A stretch of DNA of 64,000 nucleotides from an uncultured Bacteroidota bacterium. Its GTDB lineage: Bacteria; Bacteroidota; Ignavibacteria; UBA10030; UBA8401. How positions within the stretch are numbered: the first letter of the stretch is position 1; each line of letters begins with the position of its first letter. Below the pieces are notes generated by a model. The model did no database searches, was not told where the DNA came from, and saw nothing but the letters and a program-made list of their open reading frames with translations. The stretch lies in contig OY970334.1 in assembly GCA_963717445.1 (NCBI GenBank), positions 3,891,406 through 3,955,405 on the forward strand. The letters run 5' to 3'. Made by a program: the position numbers and the translations under genes. This document shows, piece by piece, positions 19,224 to 29,426 of this stretch.

Positions 19224-20233
19224 ATATAATCTTCGGACCGTTCAACGACTTTTTTTACGACATCGTCGAGTGTGGCGTTGTAAATTCTAGCTCCTGCGGC
19301 ATTCAGGTGGCCGTTCCCGCCGAATTCTTTGGCGAGTTTATTAATCGGTATCATCCCTTTCGAACGGAAGCTCACTTTCACCCCTTCCTCAAGTTCGATG
19401 AACATCAGACCGACTTTCACTCCGCCGATGCTCATCGCGTAATTGACCATGTTGTCCGTATCCTCCTCCGAGGTCAGCGTTTCGGTGAAATCTTTTCGCC
19501 GGAGAGTCATAGCGGCGACCGCACCATGATGAAGGATGGACAGGGAGTCAAGCGCCAGTCCCAACAGCTTTAATTTGTTCGCAGGGCCTTCTTCAAAAAT
19601 TTTTTGATAGATGCTGGTTGGATCGGCACCGCATTCCAAAAGCTCGGCAGCGATCCGATGGGTCTCCGGATTAGTTTTTGGGAAACGGAATGATCCTGTG
19701 TCGGTCATGATTGCAGCGTAGAGCGCTTCGGCGATCGGAGGTGTTATTGCATTCTCGTCAAGATATTTCAAAAGTTTGAAAACGATCTCACCGGTCGAGG
19801 TTGCCGGCTCGTCGATGATGTACAGGTCGGCGAATGCTTCGGGGTCGGGATGATGGTCGATGCACAGCTTGAGAGCGTGGCTTTGCAACACGGACTCCTT
19901 TAACGCCGAAAAGCGCGATGGCGAGTTAGTATCCAGTGCAATAATTGTTTCAGCGTCTTTAATGATGCTCCCGTGCTTTTCACGGGTGAATGTTTCTATA
20001 GGGAAGAGCGGCCTCATGAACGAGTAATAGGCAGGAGTTTCGCTCTGGTTGATGACTGATACGCTTTTCCCTTTGCCGGTAAGATACAAGGCAAGCGCTA
20101 CTTCGCTCCCCAAACCGTCGCCGTCAGGGTTGACGTGCGTCGTTAAGACAAAAGTTTTCTTGCCCGCAAAAATTTCTTTGCACTGTTCAAACAACTGCTT
20201 CATGTGAATCGCATTGACGTTAAGAACTTTCAA
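19220..20233 (-). CDS. nrnA: DHH/DHHA1 family phosphoesterase (NrnA-like)
   Basis: HVNPDGDGLGS and DHH motifs with a C-terminal GGGH-like DHHA1 domain (GGNGHLNAAGARI). Confidence 0.8.
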   Translation of the reverse strand: MKVLNVNAIHMKQLFEQCKEIFAGKKTFVLTTHVNPDGDGLGSEVALALYLTGKGKSVSVINQSETPAYYSFMRPLFPIETFTREKHGSIIKDAETIIALDTNSPSRFSALKESVLQSHALKLCIDHHPDPEAFADLYIIDEPATSTGEIVFKLLKYLDENAITPPIAEALYAAIMTDTGSFRFPKTNPETHRIAAELLECGADPTSIYQKIFEEGPANKLKLLGLALDSLSILHHGAVAAMTLRRKDFTETLTSEEDTDNMVNYAMSIGGVKVGLMFIELEEGVKVSFRSKGMIPINKLAKEFGGNGHLNAAGARIYNATLDDVVKKVVERSEDYI

Positions 20234-20323
20234 TGGAATTACGTGAAGAACGATCTGTCGGGTTCAATGAGCAAAAAAGTGTGGCGCAAAGATGCCGACT
20301 GAAAGCTCCCTTCAACATCTCTT

Positions 20324-20362
20324 CTAAAAAAGAACGCACTTTCTCGAGAGAGAAAGTGCGTT
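20324..20362 (-). terminator. rho-independent terminator downstream of korB
   Basis: Perfect 13-bp stem AACGCACTTTCTC / GAGAAAGTGCGTT with a 4-nt loop, followed on the minus strand by a T-run (A-run 20326-20332 on plus). Confidence 0.7.
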
Positions 20363-20382
20363 TCCGGATAACTATCTCGAGA

Positions 20383-21432
20383 TTATTGGATTGTCCAGGT
20401 ATCGCCCGACGCCAACAATTTTTCCAGGTCGCCCTTTCCCTTTTTATCGACGGCCGACTTGATTTGAAGCGCCATTTGTGATTCATACGTCGGGCGGTCG
20501 ATGCTCAAGAAAATTCCGACCGGACGCGGGAGCGCTGAGTTATAGGTCATGTTGGCAAGGATGAATGCGAGCGTCGAATCGTTTTCATTGTGGACGATCA
20601 AATCGCTGACGGAATGTGTTCCATCTTTCAACGAAACCACCGTCGGCCTGAACCCATCAAGGTGCACACCTTTGTCCCGTTCTTTGCCGAAGATAAGCGG
20701 CTTGCCGTGTTCGAGGTAGATGACGTTTTCATCTTTGGATTCTTTTTCGGTGAACGTAAAGAATGCGCCGTCGTTAAACACATTACAGTTCTGATAAATT
20801 TCGACAAACGATGTTCCCTTATGCTCTGCCGCCCGTTTCACGATTTGCTGTAGGTGTTTCGGGTCGCGGTCCATCGTTCGTGCTACGAATGTGCCGCTTG
20901 CTCCAAGGGCCAAACTGACCGGATTGAACGGGTAATCGATCGAGCCGTACGGCGTCGACTTTGTCACTTTACCGAACTCGGACGTCGGAGAATACTGTCC
21001 TTTCGTCAACCCGTAAATTTGATTGTTGAACAACATCACGTTAATATCGATGTTGCGTCGGATAAGATGAATCATGTGGTTTCCACCGATGCTTAATCCG
21101 TCTCCGTCCCCCGTCACTACCCACACCGACAAATCGGGACGCGCCATCTTCAAACCGGATGCGATCGCGGTCGCCCTTCCGTGAATACTGTGAAACCCGT
21201 ACGTGTCCATGTAGTAGGGAAACCTGCTCGAGCACCCGATGCCGGAAATAAAAACAGTATTTTCTCTCGCGACATTTAAGTCCGGCATGATCCGCTGTAC
21301 CTGTGCAAGGATCGAATAATCGCCGCAGCCCGGGCACCAACGTACATCTTGGTCCGACTGAAAATCCTTTGCCGTATACTTCACCGCAGGGTGGGCGTCT
21401 TTCGACACTACTTCTTCAACAAGAGTGCTCAT
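20383..21432 (-). CDS. korB: 2-oxoacid:ferredoxin oxidoreductase beta subunit (TPP-binding)
   Basis: WCPGCGDYSIL and TPP-binding GDGDG motif. 4-bp overlap with korA. Confidence 0.9.
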   Translation of the reverse strand: MSTLVEEVVSKDAHPAVKYTAKDFQSDQDVRWCPGCGDYSILAQVQRIMPDLNVARENTVFISGIGCSSRFPYYMDTYGFHSIHGRATAIASGLKMARPDLSVWVVTGDGDGLSIGGNHMIHLIRRNIDINVMLFNNQIYGLTKGQYSPTSEFGKVTKSTPYGSIDYPFNPVSLALGASGTFVARTMDRDPKHLQQIVKRAAEHKGTSFVEIYQNCNVFNDGAFFTFTEKESKDENVIYLEHGKPLIFGKERDKGVHLDGFRPTVVSLKDGTHSVSDLIVHNENDSTLAFILANMTYNSALPRPVGIFLSIDRPTYESQMALQIKSAVDKKGKGDLEKLLASGDTWTIQ

Positions 21433-23270
21433 ACGTTTTTACCTTCCAATATTTCGTCAATTTTTTGCTCAATCTCCGATGATTTAAACGGCAGGCCCTG
21501 AACTTTGTTCAACCCGACCGCCGGAACAAGGTACTTTGCCCGCAACACTTTGATCAGTTGTCCCAAATTGATTTCCGGAACGAGCACATGCTTGAAATTG
21601 TAGAGGATTTCTCCGACGTTTTTCTGCAACGGATTCACATACCGTAGGTGGAGATGCGACACCGATTTTCCCTGTCCCCGTTTCGCTTCCACCGCCGAAC
21701 GAATTGCACCGTACGTTCCGCCCCAGCCTACAACAAGCAAGTCGCCTTTTTCGTCTCCATCAACAGAAGCTAAAGGAATATCGTTTGCGATGCGTTCGAT
21801 TTTTTCTGCGCGGAGGTGGACCATTTTGTCGTGGTTCTCCGGTTCATAGTTTACGTTTCCCGTCTTATCCTGTTTTTCCAATCCGCCGATACGGTGTTCG
21901 AGCCCCGGGGTTCCCGGGATGGCCCATTCACGTGCTAAGGTTGTTTCATTACGCAAGTAGGGGAGATAATTGTTCGGGTCCTTTCTGAATTGAGGAGAGA
22001 TATCGGGAATGTCGGCGAGGTTTGGGAGCTTCCACGGCTCCGAGCCGTTACCGAGATATCCATCGGAGAGCATCATTACGGGCGTCATGTATTTTAAAGC
22101 GATCCGTGCAGCTTCGAAGATTGTGTTGAAACAATCGCTCGGTGTTGCAGACGTGAGGACCGGAACCGGAGCTTCCCCGTTGCGTCCGTACAACGCTTGA
22201 AGTAAATCCGCCTGCTCTGTTTTCGTCGGAAGGCCCGTGCTTGGGCCGCCGCGCTGGATATTAATGATGAGGAGCGGAAGTTCAACCATCACTGCTAATC
22301 CAATGGCCTCCGTTTTCAACGCGACACCGGGACCACTCGTTGTTGTTACTGCCAACGCGCCGCCGAACGAAGCGCCGATCGCGCTGGTGATCGCGGCAAT
22401 TTCATCTTCTGCCTGGAAAGTCTTGACGCCGTATTCTTTGTACATCGCAAGCTCGTGGAGAATGTCGCTCGCCGGCGTGATCGGATAGCTGCCGAGGAAA
22501 AGATCGAGCTTCGCTTTGCTCGCTGCCACAACCAACCCTAACGCGACAGCGGTATTGCCGGTGATATTCCGGTATTTACCCGGTGGCAATGAGGCGGCCT
22601 TTACTTCATACCGCACGTTGAAGATTTCCGTCGTCTCAGCGAAGTTCCAACCGGCCTTTAGCACCCTGGTATTTGCTTCGACAATATCCGGCTTGTTTTT
22701 GAACTTCGACTTGATCCACGCAACGGTGGTGTCGATGGAACGGTTGTACATCCAGTACATCATACCGAGGGCGAAAAAGTTCTTCGTCCTGTCGACGATC
22801 TTTGTCGGCAGATTCATGTCGGCAAGGGCAAGGCTCGTCAACTTTGTGATGTCGGCCTGATAGATTGGGTACTTGGCAAGCGAATTGTCCGTCAACGGAT
22901 TGGACGTGTAACCCGCAAGCTTCAAATTCTTGTCGTTGAACCCGTCTGTATTCACGATGATGGCGCCGCCGTCGACAAGGCCGCGAAGGTTCACTTTTAA
23001 CGCAGCGGCATTCATTGCCACAAGAACGTCGCAGTGGTCCCCCGGCGTGTTGATCTCTGTGCTGCCGAAATGTATCTGGAATCCGCTGACGCCGAAAAGT
23101 GTCCCCTGCGGTGCACGGATCTCGGCCGGGTAGTCCGGGAGCGTGCTCAGGTCGTTTCCCATGATTGCGGAAGTGTTTGTGAATTGCGTCCCGGTAAGCT
23201 GCATACCGTCCCCCGAATCGCCCGCAAAACGGATCGTCACTTCATCAAGGGATTTTGTTTTTTTAACCAT
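21429..23270 (-). CDS. korA: 2-oxoacid:ferredoxin oxidoreductase alpha subunit
   Basis: 613 aa with OFOR alpha/gamma domain architecture. Operon with korB. Confidence 0.85.
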   Translation of the reverse strand: MVKKTKSLDEVTIRFAGDSGDGMQLTGTQFTNTSAIMGNDLSTLPDYPAEIRAPQGTLFGVSGFQIHFGSTEINTPGDHCDVLVAMNAAALKVNLRGLVDGGAIIVNTDGFNDKNLKLAGYTSNPLTDNSLAKYPIYQADITKLTSLALADMNLPTKIVDRTKNFFALGMMYWMYNRSIDTTVAWIKSKFKNKPDIVEANTRVLKAGWNFAETTEIFNVRYEVKAASLPPGKYRNITGNTAVALGLVVAASKAKLDLFLGSYPITPASDILHELAMYKEYGVKTFQAEDEIAAITSAIGASFGGALAVTTTSGPGVALKTEAIGLAVMVELPLLIINIQRGGPSTGLPTKTEQADLLQALYGRNGEAPVPVLTSATPSDCFNTIFEAARIALKYMTPVMMLSDGYLGNGSEPWKLPNLADIPDISPQFRKDPNNYLPYLRNETTLAREWAIPGTPGLEHRIGGLEKQDKTGNVNYEPENHDKMVHLRAEKIERIANDIPLASVDGDEKGDLLVVGWGGTYGAIRSAVEAKRGQGKSVSHLHLRYVNPLQKNVGEILYNFKHVLVPEINLGQLIKVLRAKYLVPAVGLNKVQGLPFKSSEIEQKIDEILEGKNV

Positions 23271-23296
23271 GTCATGCTTGTCCTTTACATTTGTTG

Positions 23297-24031
23297 TTAC
23301 GACAATTCATTGAGAAATGGAAGCCATCGAGAAAAATACGCTGAGAGAATCGTCAGGTAGTTGGTAATGATGAGGAGGCCCAAAACAATCAGCATCGCGC
23401 CGCCAACAATCTCTATCGCATGAAAATATTTTTTTATCCTGTTGAACATCGTGAAGAAAATATTGATGCTGATGCCGGTCAGAAAAAACGGTATGCCAAG
23501 TCCGAGCGAATAGCTTGCGAGCAGACCGATACCTTTGTACACGGTGTCCTGCTGGCTCGCAATGACCAGGATTGCCGCGAGCACCGGCCCGATACAGGGT
23601 GTCCACCCGAACGCGAACGCGGTACCGACCAAAAACGATCCGAACATTCCGAGCTTTTTCTGTCGGACGTGAACCCTTTTTTCATAGTTCAAGAAATTGA
23701 TCTTGAACAGGCCCATCATGTGCAAACCGAACACGATGATCAGCACTCCGGCAACTTTGCTGATCGTCGAATAATACTCGTTGAATGTCTTTCCAAGCGT
23801 TGTTGCTGTCGCACCGAGCAGAATAAACACCATGGTAAATCCGCCGATGAAAAACAACGAGTTCAATATAATTGAACGCAGGGCAGACCTGTTCTGTTCC
23901 ACGTCTTTCATTTCATCGAGCGACACTCCTGAAATAAAAGAGATGTACCCTGGCACGATCGGGAGCACGCAAGGAGAAACAAAGGAGAGCAAACCAAAGA
24001 AAAAAGCCGTTAGAATTCCTACATTCTGCAA
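23297..24031 (-). CDS. ccdA: cytochrome c-type biogenesis / thiol-disulfide transporter CcdA (DsbD family)
   Basis: Polytopic membrane protein with CxxxP-type motifs (SPCVLPIVPGY; WTPCIGPVL). Confidence 0.85.
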   Translation of the reverse strand: MQNVGILTAFFFGLLSFVSPCVLPIVPGYISFISGVSLDEMKDVEQNRSALRSIILNSLFFIGGFTMVFILLGATATTLGKTFNEYYSTISKVAGVLIIVFGLHMMGLFKINFLNYEKRVHVRQKKLGMFGSFLVGTAFAFGWTPCIGPVLAAILVIASQQDTVYKGIGLLASYSLGLGIPFFLTGISINIFFTMFNRIKKYFHAIEIVGGAMLIVLGLLIITNYLTILSAYFSRWLPFLNELS

Positions 24032-24195
24032 TCAAAACCTCATTTTCGTTTACTAATGTAATTCATTTAGTCAAGAATATCAAGGCAAAGATACGGTTTG
24101 AAAAGATGTCGGATACCTTGTTCATTTGCATTATCAAATAATTCCATTTGCCGCGATTTTTTGATAAAGTGTCCGACATTTAAAATGCGGAGCAA

Positions 24196-24234
24196 ATAAA
24201 AAAGCCACCCCGGTTCATTCCGGGACGGCTTTTT
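24196..24234 (-). terminator. putative bidirectional terminator after argG
   Basis: A-run, then hairpin (GCCACCCCGG-TTCATT-CCGGGACGGC), then T-run. Confidence 0.5.
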
Positions 24235-24267
24235 ACTCCATACTGACTACTGCTTATTGAAATCAGT

Positions 24268-25506
24268 CTACTTTCTCCGCTTCAGCAATTTTTTCGCTCT
24301 TCCCCCGCCGGATTTGTTAACCCGGTGGAATGTTTTCAACGGCAAGCCATAAATTTTAATAAATCCTTCCGCTGCCGAATGGTCGAACGTATCCTCGACT
24401 GTGTAGGTTGCGAGTTGTGTATCATAGAGGGAATAGGGGGATGTCCGCCCGCCGACAGTAAGATTGCCTTTATACATCCGCACATTAACCAGTCCCGTTA
24501 CGTTCTTCTGTGTTTCGTTGACGAATTCGTCGATTGCTTTTTTTAACGGAGAGAACCAAAGACCGTTGTAGACGAGCGTTGCGTAGTCGTCCGACAGCTT
24601 CGCTTTGTAATGAAAAACTTCTTTATCGAGCGTCAGCCGCTCTAACTCGCGATGAGCAAAATGGAGCGTGACTGCAGCCGGTGCTTCGTACACCTCGCGC
24701 GATTTGATTCCGACAAGCCGGTTTTCGACAAGGTCAATTCTTCCGATCCCGTTTGCCCCGGCGATTTTGTTGAGCGCTTCAATGAGCGAAACGCCCTCCA
24801 TTTTTTTTCCGTTAAGGCCGACAGGCACGCCTTCTTTGAATTCAATCGAGACATACGTGGCTTTATCCGGCGCATCTTCCGGCGAAACCGTTCGCTGGTA
24901 TGCATCCAGCGGCGGCTCGACCATCGGGTCTTCAAGAATTCCACATTCGATCGCCGTACCCCAAATGTTCTCGTCGATCGAATATGGATTTTTCTTTGTC
25001 GCTGAAACTGGAATTCCGTGGCGCTCACAATATGCTATTTCTTCTTCGCGGGATTTGAATTCCCATTCACGAAGCGGAGCGAGCACCTTCAGTTCCGGGG
25101 CCAGCGCCATCACCGAAACTTCAAAGCGAACCTGATCGTTTCCTTTTCCTGTGCAGCCATGGGCAACGGCGGTGCATCTCTCCCTCTTCGCGACATCAAC
25201 GAGGGCTTTTGCGAGAAGCGGGCGACCGAGCGATGTAGCCATCGGATAAACGTCCTCATACAACGCTCCGGCTTTGAGAGCGGGGAAAATATACTCCTCG
25301 ACAAATTCTTTCTTCAGGTCTTGAATGTAGACTTTTTTTGCCCCCGTTTTATAAGCTTTTTCGGCGACGCCGACAAGCTCTTGTTGTTGTCCGAGGTTTC
25401 CGGTAACGGTGATGACATCCGCATCATATTTTTCCTGAAGCCATTTTACGATAACGGATGTGTCGAGACCGCCTGAATACGCGACTGCAATTCTTTCTTT
25501 CTTCAC
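24268..25506 (-). CDS. argG: argininosuccinate synthase
   Basis: [10 protein letters not shown]-type ATP PPase motif. 412 aa. Confidence 0.95.
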   Translation of the reverse strand: MKKERIAVAYSGGLDTSVIVKWLQEKYDADVITVTGNLGQQQELVGVAEKAYKTGAKKVYIQDLKKEFVEEYIFPALKAGALYEDVYPMATSLGRPLLAKALVDVAKRERCTAVAHGCTGKGNDQVRFEVSVMALAPELKVLAPLREWEFKSREEEIAYCERHGIPVSATKKNPYSIDENIWGTAIECGILEDPMVEPPLDAYQRTVSPEDAPDKATYVSIEFKEGVPVGLNGKKMEGVSLIEALNKIAGANGIGRIDLVENRLVGIKSREVYEAPAAVTLHFAHRELERLTLDKEVFHYKAKLSDDYATLVYNGLWFSPLKKAIDEFVNETQKNVTGLVNVRMYKGNLTVGGRTSPYSLYDTQLATYTVEDTFDHSAAEGFIKIYGLPLKTFHRVNKSGGGRAKKLLKRRK

Positions 25507-25551
25507 AATGATTCTTCCTTATGGTTGTAGGTAATACGTTTATGTTCTGAT

Positions 25552-26010
25552 TCAGTGCTGTCCGGCGCGCTCCACGAGAGCATTTTTGACGTCTTTGAGC
25601 GTTGCGTTGATTTTCTTGATTGTTGATGGTGGTACAACGACCGTATCGTCTCCCGCCACCGTTCCGAGCAGATGAGGATGATGGAGCGAATCAAGGAACG
25701 ATGCAACTCCCGGCGCCCTCCCCGGCAATGTGCGGATGACGATCATCGCTTCGTTTGCATTGATGCTCATTACTTCGAAACCGATAACCGATTTCATCTT
25801 GCGCTCTTCAGCCTCCGTGCTGAGCACATATCGCATGCCGTCTTCTGTATGAACCCGGTCGACGCCGAGTTCTTTGAGGTCGCGCGAAAGTGTCGCTTGT
25901 GTAACGTCGAATCCCCGTTTCTTTAAATCAAGACACAATTCTTCCTGGCTCGGAATCGCTTTCGATTGGATGATTTCTTTGATTGCAAAATGTCTCTTTG
26001 CTTTGTTCAC
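25552..26010 (-). CDS. argR: arginine repressor
   Basis: N-terminal winged helix (QEELCLDLKKRGFDVTQATLSRDLKEL) and C-terminal oligomerisation domain with GTVAGDDT. Confidence 0.9.
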   Translation of the reverse strand: MNKAKRHFAIKEIIQSKAIPSQEELCLDLKKRGFDVTQATLSRDLKELGVDRVHTEDGMRYVLSTEAEERKMKSVIGFEVMSINANEAMIVIRTLPGRAPGVASFLDSLHHPHLLGTVAGDDTVVVPPSTIKKINATLKDVKNALVERAGQH

Positions 26011-26022
26011 CTTCGGCCGGTA

Positions 26023-26880
26023 TTATTTTCTTTTGGAAATGCTTTCCCGGACCATTTGCGTTCCAATTCCTTCGTCGGTGAAAATTTCGAGAAGGAGGGA
26101 ATGCTTGATGCGTCCGTCGACAATATGTACCTTCTTCACGCCAGCGTTCAGTGTTTTGAATGCCGATCGCACTTTTGGAATCATCCCGCCGAAGATCGCC
26201 CCCTGTTCGATGAGGCGCTCAGCCTCTTTTTCAGTGAGGGAAGAAATACGTTCGTTCTTGATGACGATGCCTTCGATGTCGCTTAAATAGACAAGCTTTT
26301 CGGCCTTCAACGCATCGGCGATAGTACCCGCTGCCAGGTCGGCGTTAATGTTGAACACCGTTCCCCCTTTTCCGACTCCAAGCGGTGCAATCACCGGCAT
26401 CATTCCGTTTTTCAGCAGCAATTCGATGAACGGAACATTGACCGACGTGACTCTTCCTACTAATCCCAGGTCGATTCCCCCCTCGATAATTTTTTCGGCT
26501 CGGAGCAGCGTGTTGTCTACTCCGCTCAACCCGATCGCGTCGCCGTCGCTGCTATTGATGAGATTGACGATCTCTTTATTGACTTTCCCTGCCAGCACCA
26601 TCTGCACGACTTCAACCATCGCTTCGTCTGTGTAACGTTGCCCGTCGACGAACTTCGTTTCGATGCCCAGCTTTTTGGCGATTTCCGTGATCTCTTTTCC
26701 CCCGCCATGAACGATAACGATGTTGATCCCGATCTTTCGAAGTATCGTCACGTCTTTGCCGAACGTTTCCCGGAGCAGCGGGTCGGTCATTGCCGCCCCA
26801 CCGTACTTGATCACAAAGGTCTTTCCCTCATACTTCTGGATGTAGGGGAGGGCTTCAATGAGGACTTCTTCTTTTTTCAT
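26023..26880 (-). CDS. argB: acetylglutamate kinase
   Basis: FVIKYGGAAM… amino-acid kinase family. 285 aa. Confidence 0.9.
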   Translation of the reverse strand: MKKEEVLIEALPYIQKYEGKTFVIKYGGAAMTDPLLRETFGKDVTILRKIGINIVIVHGGGKEITEIAKKLGIETKFVDGQRYTDEAMVEVVQMVLAGKVNKEIVNLINSSDGDAIGLSGVDNTLLRAEKIIEGGIDLGLVGRVTSVNVPFIELLLKNGMMPVIAPLGVGKGGTVFNINADLAAGTIADALKAEKLVYLSDIEGIVIKNERISSLTEKEAERLIEQGAIFGGMIPKVRSAFKTLNAGVKKVHIVDGRIKHSLLLEIFTDEGIGTQMVRESISKRK

Positions 26881-26978
26881 TTCTTTCGTTAATGTGATGG
26901 TTACAAGTCACAGGTTAAACGTAGAACGTAAAACTTAAAACATATGACTCCACCGGCAGTTGTTTCCTCGTCGTACAC

Positions 26979-28232
26979 CTAGCTCCTGTAGCTCGCATTG
27001 ATATCTACGTATCCTTTCGACAGGTCGCACGTCCATAATGTCGCAGAGTGGCTTCCACCGTGCAGGTCGATGGTGATGGTGATTTCTTTCCGCCGAAGTA
27101 TCTTTTTTGCTTTTTCTTCAGAGAATGAAATATTGTAGTTCCTTCCAAGGATTCTCAAATTGTCAAAAAATATTTCAGTCGCATCAGGATTAAAACGTAT
27201 TCCCGATCTGCCGACAGCCGCAAGAATTCTCCCCCAATTAGCGTCTTCACCATGAATTGCAGTTTTTACCAACAGTGAATTGCATACGGTACGACCGGCT
27301 TCTTCCGCTTCTTTTTTCGATGGAGCACCATTGACCGTCACCTCAATGAACTTGGTTGCTCCTTCGCCGTCTTTCACGATCATTTTTGACAGAACTACGA
27401 GAACATGTTCAAATGCTTGGTAGAAAAGAGCGTATGATGACGTATGCTCTTTCAATAACGAGTTGCCGGCCTTTCTGTTGGCCAGAACGAGCACCATGTC
27501 GTTTGTACTCGTATCGCCATCAACGGTGATGCGGTTGAACGACATGTCTGTTGCTCGTTGAAGCGCCTTGTTCAGAAGAGTGTGAGGAATATTTGCATCG
27601 GTTGTGACGAAGGCGAGCATCGTCGCCATATTCGGGGCTATCATTCCTGAGCCCTTAGCGATGCCGCCGATTCGCACCGGCACATTTCCGATTGTCAACT
27701 CGACTGCGTATTCCTTAATAAAAGTGTCAGTAGTGCAAATTCCTTCAGCGGCGTCAATGTTACCCGTTTTTCGCAAATATGTTGAAGCTGCGACAATTCC
27801 CGCATTCATTTCTTTCATCGGGAGAAATTGCCCGATGATGCCGGTAGAGGAAACGAGGACGTGCGAAGTGGGGATTTCTAAAGCTCGCGCTGTCGATTTT
27901 ATCGATGCCACGGCATCATTCATTCCACGCTTTCCCGTGCACGCATTTGCATTCCCGCTGTTCACGACTATCGCCGATGCAAACTTCGATTTTGTCAATT
28001 GCTGTTGATCGAGGGTAACGCATGCGGCCTTTGTTGTACTCGTTGTAAACACTCCCGCCGAAAACGCGGGCACCTCCGAAACGATAAGTGTGAGGTCTTT
28101 CTTTTTCTTTTTTATCCCGGCATGAACGCCTGCGGCGATAAACCCATTCGGAGCGCAAACTCCGCCGTCAATCCTTTTAATTTTTTCAGCCGAAGGCTGA
28201 TCCGCCTTTGGCGGAAACTTTTTATTTTTCAC
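26979..28232 (-). CDS. argJ: bifunctional glutamate N-acetyltransferase/amino-acid acetyltransferase
   Basis: ArgJ family with the ATML self-cleavage motif (NMATMLAFVTTD). Confidence 0.9.
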   Translation of the reverse strand: MKNKKFPPKADQPSAEKIKRIDGGVCAPNGFIAAGVHAGIKKKKKDLTLIVSEVPAFSAGVFTTSTTKAACVTLDQQQLTKSKFASAIVVNSGNANACTGKRGMNDAVASIKSTARALEIPTSHVLVSSTGIIGQFLPMKEMNAGIVAASTYLRKTGNIDAAEGICTTDTFIKEYAVELTIGNVPVRIGGIAKGSGMIAPNMATMLAFVTTDANIPHTLLNKALQRATDMSFNRITVDGDTSTNDMVLVLANRKAGNSLLKEHTSSYALFYQAFEHVLVVLSKMIVKDGEGATKFIEVTVNGAPSKKEAEEAGRTVCNSLLVKTAIHGEDANWGRILAAVGRSGIRFNPDATEIFFDNLRILGRNYNISFSEEKAKKILRRKEITITIDLHGGSHSATLWTCDLSKGYVDINASYRS

Positions 28233-28234
28233 TC

Positions 28235-29248
28235 TTATACAAGTCCTTCCGTTTCCTTAAACCCAAGCATAATATTCATATTTTGAACGGCCTGGCCTGC
28301 CGCTCCTTTCACTAAATTGTCGATCACACTGAGAAGAACGAGCGTGTTGTTTCTCTCATCAATGCGAAAACCGATATCGCAGAAGTTGGTATCGTTGACA
28401 TTTTTTATCTCCGGGATTGCCGTGCTGCTGACGCGGACAAACGGTGCGGCTGAATAATACTTTTTATAGAGTGAGAATATTTCTTCATGTTCAACGTTTT
28501 TTTTCAGACGGAGATAGATGGAGGAATAAATTCCTCGTGTGATTGGGATGAGGTGTGGAACAAACGTTACGTTGACGGCATGGGATGCGTTTTCCGTGAT
28601 GGCAGCTTCGATTTCAGGCGTATGTTGATGAACACCTACTTTGTATGCCCTGACGCTTTCATTCACCTCGGAGAATGAATAGTCGAGGGAAGCGCTTCTT
28701 CCGGCACCTGAAACCCCCGAAAGAGAACTGATGATAATTTCCGTTTCCTCGACTAAATTTTCCTTTACGATTGGAATGAGAGGAAGAATTGCGCCCGTCG
28801 CGTAACAACCCGGATTGGCGACAAGCCGGGCGTTTTTGATCTCTTCACAGTTCCATTCCGGCAAGCCGTATGTCGATAACGGCAATGTTTCGGCCGAGAC
28901 GTGCTCGCGCTGGTAATATTTTTGATATGCATTGATATCCTTGAGCCTGTAATCGCCTCCAAGGTCGATGATTCTTTTCTTCGCTTTCAGCAATTCCGGG
29001 ACGACGTGCATTGCTTCTCCCGATGGAAGCGCGATGAAGACCAGGTCTGAATCGGCAGCCTGGCCGACGGAATATCGCTCAAAAACGAGGTCGGTTTGTC
29101 CCCGGAACATCCCATACAATTCGTCGACTCGTTTTCCGGCACTGTTGTGCGCATAAACGCTCTTGATGGTGACGTGGCGGTGCTTCAATAATATTTTGAT
29201 CAGCTCGGCTCCCGAGTATCCGGATGCGCCGACAATTGATACGTTCAT
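28235..29248 (-). CDS. argC: N-acetyl-gamma-glutamyl-phosphate reductase
   Basis: VSIVGASGYSGAEL NAD-binding motif and catalytic Cys region (LVANPGCYATG). Confidence 0.9.
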   Translation of the reverse strand: MNVSIVGASGYSGAELIKILLKHRHVTIKSVYAHNSAGKRVDELYGMFRGQTDLVFERYSVGQAADSDLVFIALPSGEAMHVVPELLKAKKRIIDLGGDYRLKDINAYQKYYQREHVSAETLPLSTYGLPEWNCEEIKNARLVANPGCYATGAILPLIPIVKENLVEETEIIISSLSGVSGAGRSASLDYSFSEVNESVRAYKVGVHQHTPEIEAAITENASHAVNVTFVPHLIPITRGIYSSIYLRLKKNVEHEEIFSLYKKYYSAAPFVRVSSTAIPEIKNVNDTNFCDIGFRIDERNNTLVLLSVIDNLVKGAAGQAVQNMNIMLGFKETEGLV

Positions 29249-29294
29249 AAGAAAATGTCCTTCAAATTTCGAGGGTATAAATATACATTAAGGT

Positions 29295-29308
29295 GCATAA
29301 TTATGCAA
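29295..29308. promoter_or_regulatory. candidate ARG box (ArgR operator) upstream of argC
   Basis: Perfect 14-bp palindrome TGCATAATTATGCA, 47-60 bp upstream of the argC start. It resembles the TGAAT-w4-ATTCA ARG box, and argR is inside the operon. Confidence 0.55.
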
Positions 29309-29426
29309 GTACTTTTTTCCGGCCAATCAACCGAAGACTTTTTTTTGAAACCCGGCTTCTTTTCCGTATCTTTAACTCATTCGAGAAGAAGTTTTTCACT
29401 TTTCATTTTTAACTTTGAACTGAACA

